Origin: an uncultured Bacteroidales bacterium
GTDB lineage: Bacteria; Bacteroidota; Bacteroidia; Bacteroidales; CAZOSQ01
DNA length: 32,340 nucleotides
NCBI GenBank assembly: GCA_964582245.1
Contig: CAZOSQ010000001.1
Location: forward strand, 1-32,340
Direction: 5' to 3'
Shown here: positions 9,703 to 17,780 of the stretch, piece after piece
Numbering within the stretch: the first letter of the stretch is position 1
Layout of the letters: each line of letters opens with the position of its first letter
The notes under the pieces: generated by a model
Seen by the model: only the letters and a program-made list of their open reading frames with translations
What the model was told of the DNA's origin: nothing
Database searches by the model: none
Program-made: the position numbers and the translations under genes

Positions 9703-10686
9703 ATGAAATCACTATGCATAAACAACCTTTTTTCGGGGGGAATTATTACAAACTATCATTGTACATCTAAATGTAGACATTGTTTATACGCTTGTTCTCC
9801 AACAAGGTCTAAAGAATTTATTGAACCCGGTATGGTAATCCAGCATATACGTAAGATTAAAGAATTAGGCTGCTATTCAGTTCATATTGGCGGGGGTGAA
9901 CCTTTTTTAAACCAGGAAGGCTTGTTAAAAACACTTGAATCAATCGCTAGTGAAGGTATTGGGGTGGATTACGTGGAAACAAATAGTTCCTGGTTCAGGG
10001 ATCATGACCAAGCTGTTGAGTTGTTAAAAGAAATGAAAAAATTTAAATTACATACTCTCCTAGTTTCTATCAGTCCCTTTCATAATGAATATATTCCTTT
10101 CGGGAAAACCAAGGGGTTGATAGAAGCCTGTAGATATGCAGGAATTAAAGTTTTTCCGTGGGTTCAAGATTTTTTTCAAGATCTTAATGCATTTGATGAC
10201 TCAAAAACTCACTCGTTAAGTCAATACTCGCAACGTTTTGGGAATTCGTACCTGAAAAACATTCCTTCTAGGTACTGGATTCATTATGGTGGAAGGGCTT
10301 TATATGCTTTCAAAGACAACTTTCGAGGTAGAAAAGCATCAGAAATAATGAAATTTTCATCAGGTTGTACTGAGCTAGCAGATTCATCACATTTTCATGC
10401 TGATCCTAAAGGAAATTATATTCCCGGTTTATGCAGTGGGTTATCTATTCGAATGAATGACCTGGGAAAACCGCTAGATGCTAATTTTTATCCGTTACTT
10501 ACAGTTTTATTCAATGATGGAGTGAAAGGATTATACCAATATGTGGTTAATAATTATAATTTTTCAACGACAGCAAAGTATGTTTCGAAATGCCATCTTT
10601 GTCTTGAAATAAGAAAATTCCTGGTAATTGAAAAACATATTTCTTCCCAGGAATTACAGCCCTTGGATTTTTACCACCACGTTTAA
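9703..10686 (+). CDS. Radical SAM enzyme of unassigned subfamily, with four extra C-terminal cysteines
   Basis: 327 aa. C20-x3-C24-x2-C27 (CTSKCRHC) and GGGEP at 63-67 (SAM-binding glycine motif). Additional Cys at 222, 244, 297 and 300 (C-x21-C ... C-x2-C). Confidence 0.85.
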   Translation: MKSLCINNLFSGGIITNYHCTSKCRHCLYACSPTRSKEFIEPGMVIQHIRKIKELGCYSVHIGGGEPFLNQEGLLKTLESIASEGIGVDYVETNSSWFRDHDQAVELLKEMKKFKLHTLLVSISPFHNEYIPFGKTKGLIEACRYAGIKVFPWVQDFFQDLNAFDDSKTHSLSQYSQRFGNSYLKNIPSRYWIHYGGRALYAFKDNFRGRKASEIMKFSSGCTELADSSHFHADPKGNYIPGLCSGLSIRMNDLGKPLDANFYPLLTVLFNDGVKGLYQYVVNNYNFSTTAKYVSKCHLCLEIRKFLVIEKHISSQELQPLDFYHHV

Positions 10687-10938
10687 TGGTTACAGTACAT
10701 TATGCCTTATATAGCAGGTAAAAACTCCTAATTATCAAAAATTATAACATAATCTTGCCTTAAATGATTTAAATCTTGAATTTTAGGTTTTTATAAAGTA
10801 ACATATCTTTAATATTCATTCACTAATGGTTAAGTCAACAAATGGAATCCTCCATAAACAAATACACCTTGTTTGGCTCTTGCTAAACCGGGATAGCATA
10901 AGAAATTGTTAACGGGTACTGGAAAAAATAATGGTTAT

Positions 10939-10979
10939 CCCCGGGAGTCAATAAAAAAAACCGGAAGTTTCCCGGGTTT
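10939..10979. terminator. GC-rich inverted repeat between convergent genes; candidate bidirectional terminator
   Basis: CCCGGGA (10940-10946) pairs with TCCCGGG (10970-10976). There is an inner A8-CCGG...CCGGG-TTT arrangement. The plus strand continues TTTGTTGATCTTT; the minus strand carries a U8 run inside the loop. The geometry is imperfect on both strands. Confidence 0.4.
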
Positions 10980-11048
10980 GTTGATCTTTCCATTATTTAT
11001 TCTAATTTGTTAAGGATGATGTTGGATTATGATGCCAGTAGGGTTATT

Positions 11049-12542
11049 TTAAAAATCTATCTTTTCGTAATTGATTAATTGAATATACCCGGAATATTTC
11101 TTGTTTTTCTTCAAGTAATTATAATCTTTGGATTTGCCAGGCTCCCATCCTTCAGCTTGGATAACATAATAATAAAGACCTGTGCTGGCATATTGACCAT
11201 TTTTATAACGGCCATCCCATCCATCCCATTCGTGGAAATTGTTATTTACTTCTTCCTCGTAGACTTTTCTGCCCCACCGGTCGTAAATGATAATTCGAAA
11301 AAATTTAAAAGAGTTTCCCTGGATATTAAATGTACTATAATTAATGAAGCCAGGATTAGGATGATTAATTATCGTCGTGTTGGAAGTGGAAGAATTAGAA
11401 CTTCCAGTTTCATCGTTTCCATCAATCGGTTGGGAATCATCCCCTTTCTCTTTCTTTAAGCTAAATTTATCGTTAATGGTGATAGAAGATTTATCAATTT
11501 CTATCATATTCTCCTTTTTCTCGTCAGGATTATGTGGGAAAGTATCTACACATCCATAGCTACTAGTTGCAATTAACATGGGATTACAATTACTCGCATA
11601 ATAATAGATGAACTCTTGGCTTGAGTTATCATGTATCACTTTTTCCAGGGAATCCTTTATATAATAATGGTAAGAAGTGTCTTTTGGTGTTATAAATAAC
11701 CATTCAAACTTTTCCCCTTTTTTTGATTCATTTTTATAAGTAACTGCAACGGGCGCAGACTTTCCGACTTGTTCAGAAAAATTTTTATTCACTATTTCAT
11801 AGGAATACTTGGCATCCGGGATAAATTTAGCGTAAGTTTCTTTAGTCTCAAGGTATTTTTCAATGCTCGTTGAATTTTCAAAAGAATCCGTTACGGTAAA
11901 TCTATAGGTTGTATTTACAGCGGGAGGATTATTGTCAAAAAAATATAACCCATAGGGAACATTAATTTCTTCATCGTATTTTTCGTCGCCAATAGCTGTC
12001 CAGGTGTATCCATAGTCATATGGCATCTTTAATTCTGAACTGTCCGCGAGGTCATAATAAATGAATTGTTCCGGCATTTGTTCAACTGAAACTTTCATTT
12101 CCAGTATATAACAAACGTGGGAAAATAGATCAAATTTGGCAGAAAGATAATTGAAAAACACCCACGAGGTAAATGAGGTATCTAGCCCGGATTCATCCTG
12201 TACACGTACTAAATATGCCGTTGCCAAATTGTCTGTATGTTGGGAAAAAGAAACATTAGTTTCAGTATGTAAAGAGTCAAATTGAAAAGAAACAGGATCA
12301 AACCGGTACCAGGTATAAGTGGCTTCGGTTCCTTCCACGGGATGATCTGCCTGTAAGGTGACTGATAATTCTTCTCCTATTTTACCATTGATGATAAAAA
12401 CAGGATCTTGAACAGTGTCTTTAATATAAGATGTCTCTTTTATTGAATAAGAAGACCCGGTAACTTTTAATTGTGCATGAAGTGGCAAAATCAAAATAAA
12501 AACGAGAAAAAAAGAAAAAATGAAGTTTTTCATCCCAAGCAT
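11049..12542 (-). CDS. Secreted protein of unknown function with a T9SS type-B (CHU_C / gliding-motility-associated) C-terminal sorting domain
   Basis: 497 aa. Signal peptide MLGMKNFIFSFFLVFILILPLHAQ. S/N/T/D-rich linker GDDSQPIDGNDETGSSNSSTSNTTI. C-terminus FRIIIYDRWGRKVYEEE...WDGWDGRYKNGQYASTGLYYYVIQAEG...YSGYIQLI fits the IxNRWGxxVYe...WDG...G.Y.Y.i...G.i.L pattern of type-B CTDs. Confidence 0.65.
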   Translation of the reverse strand: MLGMKNFIFSFFLVFILILPLHAQLKVTGSSYSIKETSYIKDTVQDPVFIINGKIGEELSVTLQADHPVEGTEATYTWYRFDPVSFQFDSLHTETNVSFSQHTDNLATAYLVRVQDESGLDTSFTSWVFFNYLSAKFDLFSHVCYILEMKVSVEQMPEQFIYYDLADSSELKMPYDYGYTWTAIGDEKYDEEINVPYGLYFFDNNPPAVNTTYRFTVTDSFENSTSIEKYLETKETYAKFIPDAKYSYEIVNKNFSEQVGKSAPVAVTYKNESKKGEKFEWLFITPKDTSYHYYIKDSLEKVIHDNSSQEFIYYYASNCNPMLIATSSYGCVDTFPHNPDEKKENMIEIDKSSITINDKFSLKKEKGDDSQPIDGNDETGSSNSSTSNTTIINHPNPGFINYSTFNIQGNSFKFFRIIIYDRWGRKVYEEEVNNNFHEWDGWDGRYKNGQYASTGLYYYVIQAEGWEPGKSKDYNYLKKNKKYSGYIQLINYEKIDF

Positions 12543-12684
12543 GAAATTACATTTGTTTTTTTTAAAACTATTGATGAAAGAAAAATATTGTAATTGGGTT
12601 AAATATAACCATCATTTTTAACAATTATAAAAATTTTGTTAATATAAATTTCGTTGGAATTAGGAATAAAAGGGTTACAAATGT

Positions 12685-12692
12685 TATTTTTG
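12685..12692 (+). promoter_or_regulatory. Candidate -7 promoter box upstream of the helicase gene
   Basis: TATTTTTG matches TAnnTTTG, 28 nt upstream of the GTG start at 12720. The nearest upstream TTG (12654-12656) is spaced further than the consensus. Confidence 0.3.
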
Positions 12693-12719
12693 ACCATTGG
12701 AAATTAAAAAGGTTTAGAA

Positions 12720-15035
12720 GTGCACAATTTTTTAGAAGAATTAAATCCTATACAAAAAGAAGCTGTTACAACTTGTGAAGGTTCCAGTTTAATTGTTGCA
12801 GGTGCTGGAGCAGGGAAAACACGGGTGTTAACATACCGGATTGCCTACTTGTTGAGCCAGGGGGTTAAGCCTTGGGCAATATTGGCATTGACATTTACCA
12901 ATAAGGCGGCCAAGGAAATGAAAGAAAGAATTGGCAGTTTAGTCGGGTACCAGTTAGCATCATCTATTTGGATGGGAACATTTCATTCGATATTTTCGAA
13001 AATTTTAAGAATTGAAGCTGATCATTTGGGATACGAACCTAATTTTACTATTTATGACACCTCGGATTCACGTAGCTTGTTGCGAAGTATCATTAAAGAA
13101 ATGAAGTTAGATGAGCAGGTTTACAAGGTAAACGATGTGCATGCGAGAATTTCAATGGCTAAAAATAATTTAATTACACCCCCGGTATACCTTTCGAATT
13201 CCCAAATAATAGCCAAAGATAGGGAACAACGGAAGCCTAGGATAGCAGACATATATAAAATGTATACCTCTAGGTGCAAGAAATCCAATGCGATGGATTT
13301 TGATGATCTCTTGCTCAACACGAATATTCTATTAAGGGATTTTCCGGAAGTACTTTCTAAATACCAGGAACATTTTAAATATATTTTGGTAGATGAGTAC
13401 CAGGATACAAATTATGCTCAATACTTAATTGTAAATAAATTAGGTCGACCTCACCAGAACATTTGTGTTGTAGGCGACGATGCCCAGAGTATCTATTCCT
13501 TTAGGGGAGCCAAGATAGAAAATATATTAAATTTTAAAAATGATTATCCTACTTACAGGTTATTTAAACTTGAACAGAACTATCGCTCGACCAAGGTGAT
13601 CGTGGATGCGGCAAATAGCCTGATTCAAAAGAATAAGGGACAAATCCAAAAAACCGTGTGGTCTGATAATGAGGCTGGGAATAAAATCAGTATTTTCAAT
13701 GCTGCAACAGATTCAGAAGAGGGTTATTTGGTTACAAACCAAATTGTGGATAACATGTTGATGAACCAACTCAGGTATGATGATTTTGCCATTTTATATC
13801 GTACCAATGCTCAATCCAGGATTTTTGAAGATGCCTTGCGAAAAAGGAATATTCCTTACAAGATATATGGTGGTCTTTCTTTTTACCAGCGAAAAGAGAT
13901 AAAGGACCTGCTGGCATATTTCCGAATTGTAATTAACAAGCATGATGACGAAGCATTCAGGAGGATTATTAATTATCCGGCAAGGGGAATAGGGGATACA
14001 ACCCTTGGGAAAATAGAGGAACTAGCAAACTTACAAAATACGAGTTTTTGGAACGTAATAAATAATTTAGAAAATAATAATCCCGGATTAAACAAGGGAA
14101 CAATATCAAAGATTGATAATTTTATCCATTTAATTAATAATTTTTCAGCCCGGTTGAAAGCATTGGACGCTTATGAACTGGCAAATCAAATAGCTGCTTC
14201 CTCGGGGATATTATCGGAGTATTCCAACGATAAGGCACCTGAAAGTGTTAGTAAATATGAAAATATACAAGAATTATTAAATGCTATTAGGGAATTCTCG
14301 GAAAATCTTCAAGATGGCACTGAACCAATTACCCTGGATAAATACATGGAAAATGTAGCGTTATTGACCGATATGGATAAAGAGAAAGAGGAAGATTTAA
14401 ATAAGGTTACTTTAATGACCATTCATTCTGCAAAAGGATTGGAATTTAATCATGTATTTATAGTGGGTGTAGAAGAAGGTTTGTTTCCTTCAAACATGTC
14501 TGTTGGAAGCATGCAGGAGCTTGAAGAGGAAAGACGATTATTTTATGTGGCACTAACAAGGGCTCGCAGGATGGTAACCATATCCTTTGCTAAATCAAGA
14601 TTTAGGTGGGGGTCAATTGTGAATAGCAAGCCGAGTAGGTTTATTAAAGATATAGATCAAAAATTTATTGATTTTCCATTGGATGTTTTCGATAATGATG
14701 ATCAAATGGCTTATCGAGAAAATAATTCTTCCATTAATCAATTTAAGAGAAATAAAAATAAGGCTGGAACAGTTAGTAAAACAGGGTTAAGTGGGTTTAG
14801 AGATGTAACCAAAATATCGACAGGTAAGGAAATTAAACAAAAAATTAGTAATTTCGTGGCCGATGATCCCGATAAAATTCAAAGTGGAATGATGGTGCTT
14901 CACCAGCTATTTGGAAAAGGGAAAGTTTTAAATATTGAAGGGAGTTACCCGAATAAAAAAGCTACAGTGTTTTTTCCCGATTCAGGTCAAAAGCAGTTGT
15001 TGCTAAAGTTTGCCAAATTAAAGATTGTAAATTAA
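12720..15035 (+). CDS. uvrD: ATP-dependent DNA helicase, UvrD/PcrA/Rep family (GTG start)
   Basis: 771 aa. LNPIQKEAV, Walker A AGAGAGKT, DEYQDTN, VGDDAQSIYSFRGA, LEQNYRS, TIHSAKGLEF and YVALTRAR. C-terminal GMMVLHQLFGKGKVLNIEG looks like the UvrD/PcrA Tudor-like tail. No in-frame ATG lies upstream of the conserved N-terminus, so GTG is used. Confidence 0.9.
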   Translation: MHNFLEELNPIQKEAVTTCEGSSLIVAGAGAGKTRVLTYRIAYLLSQGVKPWAILALTFTNKAAKEMKERIGSLVGYQLASSIWMGTFHSIFSKILRIEADHLGYEPNFTIYDTSDSRSLLRSIIKEMKLDEQVYKVNDVHARISMAKNNLITPPVYLSNSQIIAKDREQRKPRIADIYKMYTSRCKKSNAMDFDDLLLNTNILLRDFPEVLSKYQEHFKYILVDEYQDTNYAQYLIVNKLGRPHQNICVVGDDAQSIYSFRGAKIENILNFKNDYPTYRLFKLEQNYRSTKVIVDAANSLIQKNKGQIQKTVWSDNEAGNKISIFNAATDSEEGYLVTNQIVDNMLMNQLRYDDFAILYRTNAQSRIFEDALRKRNIPYKIYGGLSFYQRKEIKDLLAYFRIVINKHDDEAFRRIINYPARGIGDTTLGKIEELANLQNTSFWNVINNLENNNPGLNKGTISKIDNFIHLINNFSARLKALDAYELANQIAASSGILSEYSNDKAPESVSKYENIQELLNAIREFSENLQDGTEPITLDKYMENVALLTDMDKEKEEDLNKVTLMTIHSAKGLEFNHVFIVGVEEGLFPSNMSVGSMQELEEERRLFYVALTRARRMVTISFAKSRFRWGSIVNSKPSRFIKDIDQKFIDFPLDVFDNDDQMAYRENNSSINQFKRNKNKAGTVSKTGLSGFRDVTKISTGKEIKQKISNFVADDPDKIQSGMMVLHQLFGKGKVLNIEGSYPNKKATVFFPDSGQKQLLLKFAKLKIVN

Positions 15036-15053
15036 AATTAGAAAAAGGAACAT

Positions 15054-15641
15054 ATGGATTACAACACGAGTCAAAAAAAATTGGTTCTCCCCGAGTACGG
15101 GAGGAATATACAAAAAATGGTTGATCATGCTTTATCCATTGAAGATAGAAATGAACGTAATCGTGCAGCAAAAACCATTATTTCCATCATGGGAAATTTA
15201 AATCCCCACCTTAGGGATATAAGTGATTTTAAGCATAAATTGTGGGATCATCTTGCCATTATTTCAGATTTTAGGCTTGATATAGATTCGCCTTATGAAC
15301 TTATTGATAAAAACCTATTACAGGAAAAACCCAATAAAGTAGATTATAATGTAAACAGGATTAGGTATCGACATTATGGACACACAATAGAAAAGTTAAT
15401 TCATAAAGCAGTGGACATGCAGGATGAAGAGGAAAAGACTATTTTATTGGAAATTATAGCCAATCACATGAAGAAATCGTACCTGACTTGGAATAGGGAA
15501 ACCGTGGATGATAATACCATATATGATAATATAGGAGAAATATCAAGGGGCGAAATTCGTCTTAACACCGAAGAAGTGAAATTAGCAGAGACAAAAGATC
15601 TTCTAAATGCTCATCGCAAGAGAAAGAGAAAACTAAAATAA
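15054..15641 (+). CDS. Conserved hypothetical protein, probably DUF4290 family
   Basis: 195 aa. Starts MDYNTSQKKLVLPEYGRNIQKMVDHA and ends in a basic tail HRKRKRKLK. Lies 3 nt upstream of murA, an arrangement I recall as typical for DUF4290 genes in Bacteroidota. The family call is from memory, not from a search. Confidence 0.6.
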   Translation: MDYNTSQKKLVLPEYGRNIQKMVDHALSIEDRNERNRAAKTIISIMGNLNPHLRDISDFKHKLWDHLAIISDFRLDIDSPYELIDKNLLQEKPNKVDYNVNRIRYRHYGHTIEKLIHKAVDMQDEEEKTILLEIIANHMKKSYLTWNRETVDDNTIYDNIGEISRGEIRLNTEEVKLAETKDLLNAHRKRKRKLK

Positions 15642-15644
15642 GTT

Positions 15645-16952
15645 ATGGGAACTTTCGAGATTGAAGGAGGGAATAAGTTAAAAGGCGATATAATTCCACA
15701 AGGAGCTAAAAACGAGGCTCTCCAGGTGTTATGTGCCGCACTGCTGACACCTGAAAAGGTTGTTATTAAAAACATTCCAGATATTTTAGATGTAAATAGA
15801 TTAATTGATATTTTACGCTGTTTAGGAGTTGGCATCGAGGAAAAGGGTGAAGAAGAATATGAATTTTGTGCCAAGGAGATAAACTTAGAATATCTTAAAT
15901 CTGAAGAATTTTCTCTAAAAGCTGCTAATTTGCGCGGATCAATCATGTTGATAGGTCCCTTATTGGCCAGGTTTAAAAAAGGATATATTCCAAAGCCTGG
16001 GGGAGACAAAATAGGAAGGAGAAGGTTAGATACCCATTTTGTAGGTTTCCAGGATTTAGGAGCTAAATTTTCTTTTGATTACAAGGAGAATTTTTATAGG
16101 ATAGAAGCTGAGGAATTAACAGGTTGTTACATGTTGCTGGACGAAGCCTCTGTGACAGGAACTGCCAATATATTAATGGCTGCAGTTATGGCAAAAGGAA
16201 AAACCATTATTTATAACGCTGCCTGCGAACCATATGTACAGCAACTTTGCAAGATGTTAATATCAATGGGAGCAAAAATTGATGGAGTTGGATCAAATTT
16301 GCTTGTAATAAACGGTGTTGAATACCTTCATGGTTGTGAACATGTTATATTGCCAGATATGATAGAAGTGGGGAGTTTCATAGGTTTGGCAGCCATGACA
16401 AAATCAGATATTACCATTAAAAATGTTTCTTATGATCATTTGGGAATTATTCCCAATGCCTTTAGAAGATTAGGTATTGAAATACAAAGAATAGGGGATG
16501 ACATACGTGTCCCGGGACAAGAGAGATACGAAATAGAAACTTTTATTGATGGATCAATAATGACAATTTCTGATGCTCCATGGCCGGGATTAACACCTGA
16601 CCTGATAAGTGTTGTATTGGTTGTTGCAACACAAGCAGCGGGAAGTGTCTTGATTCATCAAAAGATGTTCGAAAGTCGCTTGTTTTTCGTGGATAAATTG
16701 ATAGACATGGGGGCAAGAATTATTCTTTGTGATCCTCATAGGGCAACGGTAATAGGTCTGGATAATCAAATCCAATTAAGGGCTACGACAATGACCTCGC
16801 CAGATATACGTGCCGGGGTCGCCTTGTTAATTGCAGCTTTGTCAGCCGATGGAACCAGCGTGATCCATAACATTGACCAAATTGACAGGGGGTATCAAGA
16901 TATAGACAAACGATTGAACTCTCTTGGAGCCGTTATTAAAAGAACTCAATAA
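15645..16952 (+). CDS. murA: UDP-N-acetylglucosamine 1-carboxyvinyltransferase
   Basis: 435 aa. PQGAKNEALQVLCAALLT and LRGSIMLIGPLLARF..PKPGGDKIGRRRLDTH (active-site loop, Asp at the fosfomycin-Cys position). C-terminal IDRGYQDIDKRLNSLGA. Confidence 0.95.
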   Translation: MGTFEIEGGNKLKGDIIPQGAKNEALQVLCAALLTPEKVVIKNIPDILDVNRLIDILRCLGVGIEEKGEEEYEFCAKEINLEYLKSEEFSLKAANLRGSIMLIGPLLARFKKGYIPKPGGDKIGRRRLDTHFVGFQDLGAKFSFDYKENFYRIEAEELTGCYMLLDEASVTGTANILMAAVMAKGKTIIYNAACEPYVQQLCKMLISMGAKIDGVGSNLLVINGVEYLHGCEHVILPDMIEVGSFIGLAAMTKSDITIKNVSYDHLGIIPNAFRRLGIEIQRIGDDIRVPGQERYEIETFIDGSIMTISDAPWPGLTPDLISVVLVVATQAAGSVLIHQKMFESRLFFVDKLIDMGARIILCDPHRATVIGLDNQIQLRATTMTSPDIRAGVALLIAALSADGTSVIHNIDQIDRGYQDIDKRLNSLGAVIKRTQ

Positions 16953-17096
16953 GGAATTAATAACCTTGAAAGTTTTAGGGTCAATCCATTTAAGAATGTC
17001 AATTTGTCGCTATTTCTTTTAATGGCAAAAAATTTGTATCCACCAGGAGAAAATATAATTACATAATCCAAGGTTAATTTTAGAAATAAAATTATT

Positions 17097-17711
17097 ATGA
17101 AAAAAGACGACGAAAGGAAAAATTTGAAGGATCAAGAACCAGGGATGGAGCAAAAGCAAAATCAAGCTGTCAATGAAGATATTGAAGTAGAAGAAACTAA
17201 GGAGGAACAAAATTTGGACGAGCCCGAGAGCAAAGAAGATGAAGAACAAGATGAACAGCCCTCTAAAGAAACTCTATTAGAAAAAGAATTGAATGAATAT
17301 AAGGATAAGTATATTAGGTTGTCTGCTGAGTTTGATAATTTCAGGAAGAGATCATTAAAGGAAAAAATTGAACTCACGAAAACAGCAGGTGAAGATATGA
17401 TTCTAAAATTATTGCCCGTAATGGATGATTTTGAACGGGCGCTCCATAATATTGGTAAGGCACAAGACGTGGAATCATTAACCCAGGGGGTAGAACTTAT
17501 TTTTCTAAAATTCAAAGATTTGCTTAATCAAAAGGGTGTTAAGGAAATAGAGGCGATGAACCAAGATTTTGACATGGACGTCCATGAAGCTATTACAAAA
17601 ATTCCCGCACCTGAAGAAAAATTGAAAGGAAAAATCGTGGATGTAATCGAGAAAGGTTATATGATGAATGATAAGATAATCAGGTATCCAAAAGTAGTTG
17701 TTGGTGAATAA
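17097..17711 (+). CDS. grpE: Nucleotide exchange factor GrpE
   Basis: 204 aa. Acidic N-terminal region, YIRLSAEFDNFRKR, LPVMDDFERAL, and C-terminal beta domain GYMMNDKIIRYPKVVV. Confidence 0.93.
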   Translation: MKKDDERKNLKDQEPGMEQKQNQAVNEDIEVEETKEEQNLDEPESKEDEEQDEQPSKETLLEKELNEYKDKYIRLSAEFDNFRKRSLKEKIELTKTAGEDMILKLLPVMDDFERALHNIGKAQDVESLTQGVELIFLKFKDLLNQKGVKEIEAMNQDFDMDVHEAITKIPAPEEKLKGKIVDVIEKGYMMNDKIIRYPKVVVGE

Positions 17712-17780
17712 AATAAATTAGGATTTGTCTAGTTTTTTATAGATATTGTGAACAGGGAGGAATTAATATAATTCATTAAA

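Noticed and set aside
10826-10912. 28-codon ORF (MVKSTNGILHKQIHLVWLLLNRDSIRNC) in the convergent spacer. The QIHLVW segment faintly recalls the N-terminus of IS200/IS605 Y1 transposases.
   Set aside because: The similarity is a few residues only. There is no continuation in any frame and no flanking hairpin ends. It could be checked by tblastx, but it is not supportable from the sequence.
16953-17096. Search for a CIRCE/HrcA operator (TTAGCACTC-N9-GAGTGCTAA) or another heat-shock operator upstream of grpE
   Set aside because: No such inverted repeat is present, and no convincing TAnnTTTG box either. The promoter is left unannotated.
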